DNA of 64,000 nucleotides from contig CM052817.1 in assembly GCA_028534125.1 (NCBI GenBank), positions 3,474,001 to 3,538,000 on the forward strand. The letters run 5' to 3'. Position 1 is the first letter of the stretch, and each line of letters opens with the position of its first letter. The position numbers and the translations under genes are program-made. Under the pieces are notes generated by a model. It saw only the letters and a list, made by a program, of their open reading frames with translations. It was not told where the DNA came from and searched no databases. Of this stretch, positions 1 to 12,109 are shown piece after piece. This DNA is from Lama glama. Its lineage: Eukaryota.

Positions 1-19
1 CAGCCCAAGTGGCTGTGAT

Positions 20-95
20 AGCGTGGTTCCCATTTGACAGGTGGGGAAACTGAGGCTCAGAGAAATCCGGTCACCTGCCCAAGGTCCACACTCCC
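20..95 (-). mobile_element. MIR SINE fragment
   Basis: cccatttgacaggtggggaaactgaggctcagag...cctgcccaaggtc is the reverse-complement MIR core. Confidence 0.85.
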
Positions 96-1190
96 CGAGT
101 GCAGAGGGTCCTTGGGAGTGAAAGAGAGGGGGCAACTTGGGGTCCCAAGGCTCAGCACTATCACCATCAGAGGGAAAACAGCGTCCTCCCGAAGCTAAGA
201 GACTTCTGGCTCCTGGAGGCTATGAGAACTTGGGGCTTCGGTGGGGTTTCCTGGGTGCCCGGGGAGACGGGGTACCAGGCCCAGGAGCTCACACCCGGGA
301 TTAGCCCAGGGCCAGCCAGTACGTGTCACTGCAGCCGCAGCGCTGGACACGAGGTTTCAAGTCCCCTGTGCAGATGCCAAGGGGCTGACCGTCCATCCCT
401 GTGGGGACTGGACCTGGGCTGACCTCACGGGAGGCCCTGGGACCTGCTTCTTGTCCGCGAGACGGAACTGCACTGGCCACGGGAGGGTTGTCATCTTTGC
501 CTTAAAGTGTCATAATGGAGCACCTGCCAGGTGCTGGGCGCCTTGCACCCCTCATCCAGGCACCCCAGCACAGCCTGGCTGGGGAGGTGTTAGGAGGCCC
601 ATTTGGCAGGGGAGGAAACCGAAGCTGGGTCCAAGGAGGTGTTCACTTGAACAGTGCTGGGGTGGGGGCACATGCAACGCTGGGCTTGTCCCACCCCCAA
701 CCCCCACAGACCCAACAACAAACGAGGACTACGGTATCGGCCTGTCCACACACACAGAGTGGGGCTGCTCTCCAGCACCCTGACGTGTGGGACCCAGCAG
801 CCGAGTCCAGTCCAGCCCCTGCCAACACGTCCCTCCCGCAGATCCCTGACCAACGGCTCGGGGCCCTGCTGACCAACCCGCCCCCCGACCGCCACGGCTG
901 GATGGCTCGGACTCCACTGGGCATCCTGCCATGGGCGGCCCTGGGCTCCACTCCCGTCTCTCCACCCCCACTGCCAAGGCAACGTGGCACCCGGCCAGGC
1001 GCTCTTCATCCTCAGACAAAGCCCTGGAGCAAACCACCCGGCCGGCTGCCCCAGCTCAGGTTGCCGCCCGCAGCGGCCCGGCTGGGAGTCTGATTATTCA
1101 TGGAAATCAGGCCTCCACCATGTTCCTTGGGCTTCGCTGGGGCTGGATTCACAATCGCCTCTTTGTGTGGGCGGCCAGAATGGTGTCTCT

Positions 1191-1320
1191 GGAGGGGAAG
1201 GAGGAGAGAGGGAGGGCAGGGAGGGAGGGGGAGGGGAGGAGAGGAAGGGGGAGAGAGAAGGGAGGTGGGGGAAGAAGGGTCGGGGGGAGGAGGGAGATGG
1301 AGGACGGAGAGGGAGGAGCC
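1191..1320 (+). repeat. GA-rich polypurine low-complexity tract
   Basis: Near-pure G/A run (ggaggggaaggaggagagaggggagggcagggagggagggggagggg...). Confidence 0.9.
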
Positions 1321-2659
1321 AGCTGGGAGCAGTAGATACTGCATGGGCCCAGGGGGCAGAAAAGACTCTCCCCCCGGAGTCCCAGAGCCCCGCACCCACA
1401 GCACCACCGGGGGGGGGGGTGATGTGCTCCCTGAAAAGGTGCTCCCGGCACACCTCGCTGACAACCCAAAGGTCTCCACGCCCCTCCCCGAAGGTCTCGG
1501 GGGGACATCTCAGTGTCTCCGTCCTGGGGGGCAGAGGGTGGAGGGAGACCTGATTCTGGCCCCCTTGGGGTTTATGTGCAGACAGCATGGTCCAGGACGG
1601 CTCAGCAATTAAGGACCAAAACAACCCCTATCCGTCCAGCATCGGACGGCCAGAAAGCCCAAACCCCCGGGGTAGTTTTAGAGGATAAGTAACAAAGAAG
1701 CAGGATAAGCGGTTTTTTTTTTAAATGAACGTCTGGGAAATGAAGCTGAGTCAAGCCAGACAGCTCGCTGATAACATCTGTGACAGCTGCAGCTGAATTC
1801 GGAGACATTTCCATCCAGAAACCGTCAGCAGCCCCACGTTACCTACAGGAGAAAATCCAACCCTTCACCTTGGTGTGCGAGGCTGTGCAAGTCTGGTCCC
1901 GGCCCACCTCCTGCTTCACGCTCCCCCTCTCTCCACCCCCCAGCCCCAGCCTGGTTACTGCAGAGGACACGCAGGTCTCGAATCTGCCCCTCCACACACA
2001 CTCCCACACAAGCCTTTGCTCCAGATCTTCCCTCTACAAGAAACCCACCCCAAATCCACCCACACAGGTCCTCCTGCTCATCCACACCACCTCCAAGAAG
2101 CCTCCCCAGGTCACCCCTTCCCCACACCCCAACACCACTCATTGGATCTCTCCAGTCACCACGTATCAGTGACCTGTGTGTGTGCATGTGTGTGGTGCTC
2201 GGATCCTCTCGGTTGATAAGGATGTAAATGAACCACAGCCAGCCTTCCTCAACCGCTGCGTGGCGGCCCGGTTGGGAAGGCCAGGAGCGTGTGAGAGACC
2301 ATGAACAAAACAAAATGGACAATCAGCAGACATGATGAGAATATGCTAGCCGCGGCGTCTGGAAGGAAGGAAGGTCCCAGGAGGCCAGGCCGTCCCAGGC
2401 GTGACCTGCTGGATGAGGCCTCAGCAAGTTTACACCAGCAGCTAAGGAGAGACGCTCGTGTGAAATGAGCCACCCATCGAAGGGAGCCCTGCCATCCTTC
2501 TTGGCCAAAGAAAGCCCTGCCCCTCAATCTCGGTGACCATCCGGGGGCAGCGCTCACTGACCTGCTCCCGGCAGGAGGGGCGGCCTGCATGGCCTCGGAA
2601 ATACTGGGCCACCTCCAGCAGCCTGGGTGAGACAGGGCCTTCCAAGGAGCAAGAGACAG

Positions 2660-3085
2660 GCTTTACACAGATCCCCAAAACGGTCACACCTGTGACAAAT
2701 GGGTCCACTTCTAGGAATCTCTCCTAAGGAAGGAATCCTAAGTTCCAAAAATGGTATAGCCATCCTCACGGAGAACTGAAAATAATCAACAGCAGAGGAA
2801 CAGTTGAAGAAATTCACTCGATGGAAACAGGCCACTGTCAAAGTCAGTGTCCGCAAGGGCTGTGGAGGGACGTGGGGGATGCACCGAGCCAAGTGACAGT
2901 CGGGACACAAACATGGGCAGTCAGGAAAGCCTCAACCCCCGGCTCCTAAAAGGAAAAGAGACTGGAAGGAAGTTCACCACAGATAACCCGTGCGTGGCAA
3001 CCTGTGGGCAGTTACCATGGCAACCCTCCTTCTTCCTGCTTTTCCGTATTTTCAAATGAGTACACATTATTTTTCTTTTTTTAAT
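2660..3085 (+). mobile_element. Old L1M/L1ME-type 3' fragment
   Basis: ccacttctaggaatctctcctaagga and gactggaaggaagttcacca resemble L1ME 3' motifs; T-rich end. Confidence 0.55.
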
Positions 3086-4419
3086 TAATAAGCATCTTCT
3101 GGATGAAAATATTCAGCACGCTGCCAATTTTCATGGCCGGAGTGGGCTCTCCGCCAACTTCATCTTCATTTACGGCACCCAGGGCCACTTTTCCAGGAAG
3201 AACTGGAGGTCGCCGGTCCAGTAGGACCACCCCACAGCCCCCCAGCTCTGGCCAGCCCAGCAGGATGCAACTGGGTGGCAGACAGATGTCACCAAAGTCT
3301 GCCAACCCTTCCTTGCATCAGTGGCCCAGCCCCCTCTCCCTTCATGAGCAGCGTGGGACGGTAACACACAAAATCAACAGAGAACCCCAGACACACACAA
3401 CCGTCTTCTCTGTGACCCCCCACCCGGGTCTAGCCAGGTCCCCAGGAGTCTGTCTGTAACTGTGGCCCCCACAGCAGCCATCTTGGTGCTTCCTGTCTCC
3501 CAGCACTTGGGCGCTGGAGTGACAGGTGATGCGGGAGACAGTGGCCCTGGTACACCTACTGTACCAGGTGCTCAGCTCGCCTGTCCCTGTGGGAGACGGG
3601 GACACCTAGCGCACACCCGGAGTGAGGAAGCAGAGTCCTGGCACCGCTCTGCCCGCAAGGTTGATGCGGTTCTCCGTGCAAGTCCTGGCCTCGAGCGACA
3701 TCCTCCCCAGGCCACACACCACCTCCCATGCACTGCCTCCTGCCCCCCCTCAGCCCTGTGGGACCAGTGCAGACGCATCCCCAACCTGGCCTTGGAGGCG
3801 TTTAGGGTTCAGTGACCTGTCCCACTCAAGTTACATGAACTTGGACACCTGGAGTGGCCTTCCTCTCGACACATCAGCCTCCTCGTATGTAAAGACAGAA
3901 TTTACGCTGTGTTCTCTGGGCTCTGGTAAGACGCATGCACAAAGATGTGACGGTGATGGGAACAGCACCTGTGGCATCTCAGTCACCTTCCTTCATCTCT
4001 CTAACAGGCCAGTCCTTACTCCTCCTGGACTCAGCTTGCCTACCCGTTATGTTCCCACAGACGCATTGCCGCTGCTGGAGGAGAAGCACTGGGCTGGACC
4101 CCCACAAGGCTGAGATCTCAATCTCCACAGACTTTGCCCTCCCAGGAAGGGCACTGCTGTGCACCCGGGGTCCAGCCAGAATCCCGCAAGCTGTTCTGGA
4201 AGCCTCCGACCCCAAGATGCCCTCCAGGCCATCAGCAGTCCCACCGCTTCTCCTGGTGGATTCTCTACCCGGCCTCCTCTCCCCAGACCCCCAGGCTCCG
4301 GGCTGGCCCCCACCCCAGCCCTGGCTGGACAGCAGAGGCTACCTCACACCCAGGGCTTGGGCCTCCTCCCAGCTTCTACCTCACTGATTCTGCACCGACA
4401 GCTGGAAGGATCTTACAGA

Positions 4420-4935
4420 AAACAAGGCTGATCATACGCCTGCCCAGCTGTTCAACCCTCTCCCTGCTTTTGCTTAAAACCCCTTTCACTGGCTACAGGG
4501 CCCTCATGCTCTGTACGCCCTTCTCCTGCCCCATCTGAGCCCCCAGCTCTGCTTCTGTTTGTGTCCCAACCACCTCTGCCTTGAACAATCATGCTCGTTC
4601 CCACCTCAGGACCTTTGCACATGCTGTGCCCTCTGCCTGGAACACTCCTTCACATGCCACTCACTCAGCCCTCTCCTATCTGTCCGCTGGATCTTTGCTA
4701 ACATGTCCCCTCCTCAGAGAGGCCCCCTGACCCCCAGGTGAAACTGTCCCAGCACCCTGCTCCTTTCCAGCAGGGCTCACGGCTGGTGTAATTAAATCAC
4801 TAACTGTGAAATTAGTTCTCTGATGTCAGTGTCCCCCGCTGGGCAGGGACCACGTCTATCTTGTTTCTCAGTGTCTCCTCAGCACCACAGGGCTCAGAGC
4901 AGGCCCTCCACCTTCATGTGCTAAACAAACAAGTG
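4420..4935 (+). mobile_element. L2 LINE 3' region
   Basis: cctcaggacctttgcacatgctgtgccctctgcctggaac...cctcagagagg...gggcagggaccacgtctatcttgtt matches the L2 3' end. Confidence 0.85.
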
Positions 4936-5609
4936 AAGACTAGAGCTGCCTGGTACAATCAGTTCAGTCACAAAGGAGCTCAGGGCCCAACAGTCACTGC
5001 AGGAAGTAGGCACTAGGCGGGACTGGGCAGCGGTAGAGAAACCTTAGCGAGGATAGCATGGAAATGCACCCGTTTCAGGGGTTAGAAAACTAAGGTCTGA
5101 GCAGAGGCAGCATCCAGGTCTCCCCGCTCCAGCCCCATGACCCCCATGGCCCCCCTGGGGGCCAGGACAAAAGAGCGGGGTCAGAGGTGGCACAGATCCA
5201 GGGAAAGGAAGGGAGGACCCGTCAACAGCGTGGAGAAGAGAGAGGAAAAAAGATATCCCGGAAGTGAGACATGAGCCACAGGAGCCAAGCTTTGCCTGCA
5301 GGTGAGGGGAGGTGTGTGACCCCAGCAAGTCCACACTCAACAGCCCTGCACAACCAGCTGACGGTCTGTGCTCGCTCCCTCCAGTCCAGAGGGCTGCAGT
5401 CAAGGCAGGGAGGCTGTGGAGGGGGGTCCAGGCCACCGGTCCCGCCCACCCCACGAGGGCGCAGTGAGCGGTCCTGTGTCAGCACACTGCAGTGCTTGCT
5501 ACAGCAGCGAGCGTGGTTGTCCTGACTAGTGCGCGGCAGACGGCAGTGGTCCTACGCACCGGGGGCCCGACGTGTGGGCCTGCCACGCCCCATGGCCTGT
5601 GTGTTACAG

Positions 5610-5770
5610 CCGTTGCTGCATTTGACCTCACGACAGCACGAAACAGTAGAGACTATTACCTCTGTCTTACAGATGGGGAAGCTGAGGCTGGGAGTGGTTC
5701 GGGGGCTCGGGCGAGGCCAGGTGGTAAGCATGGGCCTTCTCTTCCACTGCATCTTTGACTCTGCTGTCTG
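5610..5770 (-). mobile_element. MIR SINE
   Basis: tattacctctgtcttacagatggggaagctgaggct core. Confidence 0.75.
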
Positions 5771-6614
5771 GGTGGGATAAGGGACTATATTCAGCATATT
5801 AAACAAACGCAGAATAGAAGTCCAGGTTTAAAGGATGATGAGGTTCAAGGAAAGCTGGCCCTTCCTACTGTCCCCACACCGATGCAGGCTGAGCAGGGGA
5901 CCCCAGGACTGGCCCTGTTTGTGATCTGAAGCAGCCACGGTCACATCCATGCATGTTGGAGTGCCCTGCTACCTGCCAAGTGGGATCACAGTGCTGGATC
6001 TTAGTGAAGTTGACCTGCCTCCCTGGGGTCAGCCATCAGGATCCTGCCAGCACGGGGTCACTGGGCTGCCTATAGTCCCCACTTTGGCCCCGAGGCAGAG
6101 CCCTGGGGAGACAAAGGCAGCCCCCCTCCCACCCCCATGCAGAGCCCTCCCCCAGGCTCCCAGGCATGTCAGGGGCCAACTCCAAGGGCTGCTCTTCTGA
6201 CAGAGGAAGGGGACAACTTCCTCTCGTTCTCCTCCAGTTGCAGTCAGGTGGCTCCAGGTCACGGTGGCCACGTGGAGGAAATGTGCTAAAGGTCCTTGGC
6301 AGGCAGGAGCTGGGGCGAGGCCCCACAGCATCGCGGGAGCACCGCCCTACCTGGACTTCCATCTCTATTTGGGATGTGCAAAGAGCTGGTGTTTGTTCTC
6401 CCCACACCCGCCTTCGGCAGCCCCAGCTTTTATCCTTGAAGTGCTGCTGATAAGAGAGTCTGAAAAATGCTAATACCAGAGGAAACTCCCTGCAGAGTTA
6501 TAATGAAAAGCTTTACATAAATTGTGATATCTTACTGATGTCCCGGGTCTGGGAAGGCTTTACTAACCACAGCTCGGTCTTTTTGGTAGCTGCAGCTGAT
6601 CCACGAGGCTGGCT

Positions 6615-6960
6615 CCAATGAATCAACTCATCAAACGTGGACTGAGTGCCCACTAGACACAGGCACTGTTCCAGGCACGGGTGGACGAAGCTTCCTTCCA
6701 TCAACAAGCATTTACCGAGCACTCACTCGGTGGTCGACTCTGAACACCAGGGATGAGAGCCAGAGCTGCTCTGCAAGGCACTGAAGACAGATAAGTGACT
6801 GCTCAAAAGATAGCGTGGTAGGCTCGGAGCCAGGTGCTCCGGAGGGCTTCCTGGAGGTGGAAAAGCCAGGCTGAATCCCAAGGAGAAGTAGGCCAAAGAG
6901 AGGGGAAGGAAGGCACTGCAGGCAGAGAGACAAAGACCTGAAAGGATGAAACCTCACAGT
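6615..6960 (-). mobile_element. L2 fragments (two 3' ends in tandem)
   Basis: tcatcaaacgtggactgagtgcccactagacacaggcactgttccaggcac and catcaacaagcatttaccgagcac, then ggagggcttcctggaggtgg. Confidence 0.7.
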
Positions 6961-7311
6961 GAGTCCAGAGACTCAGAGAATCAAATTAGATCAAACATTA
7001 ATCCTGAAACACACAAATCCCCAGAAATCTTCCCCAAACTGCGTGGGTGATCCCTGGGTGGGGGATATGGGTGTATCACTCCCAGGGGATGGATAATGTC
7101 TCCCCATTGGTAGCCCCTTGGAGTCTAACCTTAGGGCCAAGCCCAGAGGGCAAAGGACCAATTGAACGATAGTCAACACAGAAGGCCACAACCCAGGACA
7201 GCACAGGGCCCCCTGAAAACCCAGAGGGGAGAAGGGAAGGCTTCCTGGAGGAAGGGGTGCCTGGGCTAGGCAGCCGCCACCTCAGGCAAGAGGGGCTCAT
7301 GCTCACAACTC

Positions 7312-7646
7312 CACCATGGACTGAACTGTGCCCCTCACCAAATTCATATGTTGAAGGCCTACCCCAGAGTATAAGAGGTAATTAAGGTTAAATGAGGTCA
7401 TTAGGGTGGGGCCCTAAACCTATAGGACTGTGTTCTTATAAGAGGAAGAGAGCGGCCTGTCTCCACCGTGCGAGCACACGGGGAGAGGGCAGCACCTGCA
7501 AAGCGGGAAGCCGGCCCTCACCAGCTGCAGAATCCGCCAGCACCTGGATCCTGGACATCCGGTCTCCAGGGCTGTGAGAAGTAACTGTCTGCCATTTAAG
7601 CCCCGGTTGTGGTGTTCAGTCACAGCAGCCTGAGCAGCCTGAGGCA
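7312..7646 (+). mobile_element. MLT1B-like MaLR solo LTR
   Basis: atggactgaactgtgcccc...aattcatatgttgaaggcct...aaggttaaatgaggtcattagggtgggccctaa...ctgtgagaagtaa...ttaagcc. Confidence 0.9.
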
Positions 7647-7819
7647 GACCCCTCCGCCACCCCCTCTGCCTCTAGTGGCCTCCAAACAAAAGCAGTCTCA
7701 CAAGCGAGGGGGGACATCGAGGCCAGCGTCCCCACCGCGGGCACCTGCTCACGGGCCCCAGCTCGCGTCGGAAGGTTCATGTTCTCACGGTCCAGTTGGC
7801 CTTTTCCTTCAGGTGCTCA

Positions 7820-8180
7820 TCTGAGAACATGGGTGACGATTCTGGCTAATTCACTGAGCTTTTCCGCAGATTAACTCGTTAATTAATATACTGCGCTTTT
7901 GAATTTTTATGCGGTGCATCAGAGCCCAGGGACGGCTGTCTGAAATCATCAGATGCAGCTGAATGGCAGGAATTGGTTTTCATAAAGGCCCCCTGCCTTC
8001 CTGAGCCGGATTAGTGCGCCAACAACCCAGCCTCCTCCCCCAGCACGTCCAGAGCAGCTGAACAAAGCCGTCAGAAAAGGCTCTGGAGGGGATCTGATTG
8101 GGCTTTTAATGGACAGTTTAATGCTTTCCTCTAAACAAGACACCATTTTTCAACTAGCAGAAGAAGCGGCCATACCTTCA
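7820..8180. promoter_or_regulatory. Candidate developmental enhancer (TE-free, homeodomain-motif rich)
   Basis: TTAATTAA 7879-7886, TTTATG, CATAAA, GGATTA 8008-8013, CTGATTGG 8094-8101, AACAAAG; locally AT-richer than its surroundings. Function is inferred. Confidence 0.4.
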
Positions 8181-10002
8181 AAGCAAAAACTACCTTAAAT
8201 AAATCTGCTGTGTCCTCCCCTTTTATCCCCTAAGACAGGAAACCCACCTCCACCTGCAACACCAATCGTCAGCCTGAATTCCTAAGAAGCTATTTTTTTC
8301 TCTCAGTCAAGTGTCAAATCAAAGACAGTCAATACTAGTATTGTAGTGTCTTCCTTTAAAAAAAAAAAAAAGACAAATAGTCCACTGAGTGAACTCTAAA
8401 CCTGTAAACTGAGCCTTTCTCTCCAGAGGCCGGCGGGGAGCAGCCAGCACCAGCCCGGGTGTCCTGCCCCTGTGGACGCGCTGCATGCTCCCTGGGGCTC
8501 GGACACCAGCCTTCTCACAGCAGCAGAGACACCAGGAGGGAAAGGGCTCGGGTCTTCCCACCCGAACAAGGGCAGGGTGCCTCCCAGCCCCCGATGCCCG
8601 CACAGCGGCCTCCAGCTGGGAACTGCCTTCCATTCCTGATTCCCCTCTTCTGAGTGAGACTACCAGCCTGAGGCCCACCAAGGAGGCCCCCAAGAGAAGT
8701 GTCAGGAAGAGTGGGGGTCCCGCTGCCCAGAGCCTCAGAGCTGCTGCGGTGCCCCACCTGCCCGGGTGCCCAATCAGCCACTGAGACCCGCCAGCCTGCC
8801 AGCGCTTTGCGCCCAGAGCCTGGGTCCTTGTTCCTTCTCTTCTGGAATGGCCCCCTTCTTCCAGGTGGTCAGTCACCAAGGAGACTCTGCACCTGTGCCA
8901 GACAAGGCATGAGACTCCCGAGGGGACCCCAATCCCTGCCCTCAGGGAGTGTGCAGATCCGGGCAACACAGAAGGTTGGGACCCAGGGCAGCACAGGCAG
9001 ATCGAGACCCAGAAGAGAAGGGAGGATTTCCTGGAAGAAGCAGCCCCCAGGGGGGCCGCAGCCACTGCAAGCAAGAAGGGCTCATGTCAAGGCCTCCTGA
9101 GTCCTCTCCGCCCCCACTGACCAGTCCCTCCTCAGTCAGGCCCATTTCAGCGCCAAGTTTGCCTTCACGCACCTTGTTCAGAACACTCTCGTCTCACCAC
9201 CCTCCGTGGCTGGCGACACCTGACACACCCAGTCTCGGCAGTCTGGGATCCAGACCCCTCCCAGTCTGCCCCAGGTAGCATCTGCCCTGCCCAGGCCCAC
9301 AAACATCCTGAGACCTGAGTTCCAGGCCCCACCTACCATGGAGAGGGAACAGGAGGAGAGACAGGGGATGGCTAGACAGGGCAGCTGGCCCTCAGCAGGG
9401 CACGAAGCAGGGCACCAGCTCGTGGTGATGGTTAATGGTCGAGCCGGTCCCAGTGCCAGGACCCCCCGGGACTAGATCACAGGAACACGACCTGAGTCAC
9501 CCAGGCTCCCCAGTCTGGGCTGCACCGTACATCTGAGAAACTGACCACCTCTGCAGGAAAATCTCCAATTTGCTCTCACCTTGGCTTTAATAGCCAAGGG
9601 CCCACATGCTCCCGGCCCTCTTGGGACTCCGAAGCCTGAGCCAGACCAAAGGAAAAAGGGATTTGACTCAGGGGGAAAATATTCTGGAAAGCTGGCTGTC
9701 TCATCTCCCCGAGAGGAGGGAAGGATTGAGCCCCCAGGTGAATGCCCCCCCATCCCTGCTCAAGCACAGCCCCCACCCTAACCCCTCCTGGTCTCAGCCA
9801 CTTCCCACACCATCCCCCTCCCCTTGGCCAGCTGTCAGGACTTGCAGGACTGGCTGCAAAACACACAGAAAGCCTGTGAAGGCAGGCAGCCATGTCTCTG
9901 GGGAGGGAAGCTACTCTGGACAGAAAATTCAAATCAACCCCCCCATGATGGCCAGGTACTTGCAGGGCAGAGCTCCTGCAGGGTGTGTGAGACAGTGAGC
10001 AG

Positions 10003-10190
10003 GTGCAGCGGCCTAAATGGGTATGCCCACCCCCACCGTCAAAGACATATCCACGCCCCAATACCCAGGCCCTGTGACGGGACCTGATTTGGACAAAAGG
10101 TCTTCGCAGACGTTAAGCTGTTAGTGAAGGATCTTGAGACCATCCTGGATTATCCAGGTGGGCCCTAAAGCCAGTGACAAGTGTCATTAG
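10003..10190 (+). mobile_element. MLT1C-like LTR, 5' half
   Basis: gacctgatttggacaaaaggtcttcgcaga...aaggatcttgaga..catcctggattatccaggtgggccctaaa.ccagtgacaagtgtc. Confidence 0.85.
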
Positions 10191-10877
10191 GGGGCACCAT
10201 CCTGCCCCCTTCTTGCAGCTGTTCACAGGCCTCCCAGGCAGAACTACGCTAGGCAACTGCTTAACTTCGAGGTGGCTCACACTTCCCCCCATGGGCCTCC
10301 CCAGCTTCAACCACAAAACCCCCATCTCTGGTGGTGGTGGCCCCCATCAAGGCTGCCTGAGAAGAATCCTACCAAATCAGGTCCGTGGAGGCCAAAGGAT
10401 GAGGCCCCACAGCAGAAAGGATCCCTCATTTCCTTGGTCCAAGTCCTTCCACGGCTCCCCAGTCCTGGCAGAAGGAGACAAAGCTGGCCTTCAAGGCTCT
10501 GGACATTCCAGCCCACCCACCTCTCCCACCTCCCTTTGTCCTGACTCCTCACCCTGGATGCTCTAGCCAGACTGAGCTCCTCCCAACTCCTGAGCGGGCC
10601 CGATCTACATTTGGCAGAAATTGTAGGAGAGAAAGAGAGGTGTAAGTCGCCCTGAACCCCTGTCAACCCCCAGGGGCCAGCAGAGCAAAGAGGGAAGGAG
10701 GCCACAGCGCAGCACTGCAGGCAGTGACCCGAGAGGAATGACCCTAGAGTAGGGAGGCCTTCCCTAGAAGGGGTGCCCGAGAGACAAGGACTCCCCGCGC
10801 TGGGAGTGGGGAAGCTCGGGTCATCATTCCAGGCTCCCACCGCCACCCTGAGCCTGTGTGGCACGACTTCACAGTGC

Positions 10878-10932
10878 CGTCCATCTGTCGTCCACCCATC
10901 CGTCCACCCATCTGTCCTTCCATCCATTCATC
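10878..10932. repeat. Degenerate (CCAT)n microsatellite
   Basis: ccatctgtcgtccacccatccgtccacccatctgtccttccatccattcatcc. Confidence 0.8.
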
Positions 10933-10968
10933 CCTCACGCCCCCTGCTCACTGATTCACCATGGAGCC

Positions 10969-11375
10969 TCTGACGGTCTGAATGTTTGTGTCCACCCCCT
11001 CCCCCGCCCGTTCACGTGTTGAAATCTAATCCTCAGTGTGGTGGTGTTAAGAGGCGGGATCTTTGAGAGCAATCAGGTCCTGCGGAAGGAGCCCTCACAA
11101 ACGGGGCTAGTGTCCTTATGAGAGGAGGCCAGATGGCTAGTTCGCCCCCTCTTCCCACGTGAGGATACCAGGAGAAGGCAGCTGTCTGCACCCAGAAGAG
11201 GACTCTCAGCAGAACGGGACCGCGCTGGAGCCACGCTGTCGGACTTGCAGCCTCCAGGACTGTGAGCTAGTTCACTTTGGGTGTTAAGGATCCTTTGCAT
11301 TGATTTCTGGCCAGAAAAGGAGTAAGAAGGAACCTCTACTGTCATATTTTGTCCTGTAGCCTAAAGGGATAGACA
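10969..11375 (+). mobile_element. MLT1A/MLT1A0-like solo LTR carrying a ~45-50 bp foreign insertion
   Basis: ggtctgaatgtttgtgtcc...ggagccctcac...ctagtgtccttat...ggacttgcagcctccaggactgtgag; flanks gagcc/gtgcc resemble a 5-bp TSD. Confidence 0.9.
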
Positions 11376-11559
11376 GTGCCTTCCCTTCACTCGCCCAGCA
11401 GACTCCATTCACTCACTCAACACACAAACATGAAGCAGCGCCAGGCATGTCCCCACCGCCCCCTCCAGCTGACGCTGTGCTCTGCTCCCAGCTACAGTGA
11501 GCCCAGGAAAGGGCCGCGTCCTCTGCCGTCTCCACCTCCTCACTCCGCTCTCTCCCGGC

Positions 11560-11755
11560 CCTCTCCATTGGGCACTTGTACTCACACTGCTTACAGCCCG
11601 CAGCGCCCCGCCTCATCCTAGACGACTACTTACTCATGATCCATCCCCCCCACTAGAATACAAAGCCCAGGGAGGCAGGGACCTTGTCTGGTTCATCACG
11701 GTGTCCCAGAATGGTGCCTGGTGCACGGTGGATACTCCACTTACTGAGCAAATGA
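11560..11755 (+). mobile_element. L2 3' end
   Basis: ccactagaatacaaagcccagggaggcagggaccttgtctggttcatcacggtgtcccagaatggtgcctgg. Confidence 0.85.
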
Positions 11756-11912
11756 GCGAGTGATGAATGAGTGAATAAATGAATGAATGAGCAAGTGAGT
11801 GAATGAGTGAGTGAATGAGTGAATGAATGAATGAGTGAGTGAATGAGTGAATGAATGAATGAGCAAGTGAGTGAATAAATGAATGAGTGAGTGAGTGAAG
11901 AAATGAGTAAGG
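11750..11912. repeat. (TGAA/TGAG)n compound microsatellite
   Basis: About 160 bp of tgaa/tgag units directly continuing the L2 tail. Confidence 0.95.
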
Positions 11913-12109
11913 AATGCACGAGTCAGTCAATGAGCTCTGATTCTGACTTTCCATCGCAGAAGCTCAAACCCCGCTCCCCGTGGCCACGCAGGGACAATCA
12001 CGCTTCATGGGCGTGTCTGCTGATGGAGGCCCCGCCTGCCAGTGTACCCAGCGGCTGGGAGCAGCGGCCTCAGCACGGACCCACCAGCGTGTGATCCCAG
12101 CTCCACCCG

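Noticed and set aside
8319..9074. 251-aa minus-strand ORF and similar long ORFs (12628-13278, 39808-40434, 63047-63706)
   Set aside because: No recognisable domain, low-complexity composition, and no convincing splice-bounded exon structure.
10060..10190. Similarity between 10060-10190 and 28085-28200
   Set aside because: Both are independent MLT1C copies, not a local duplication.
11634..11954. HSFIHSL-repeat ORFs
   Set aside because: Translations of the TGAA/TGAG microsatellite.
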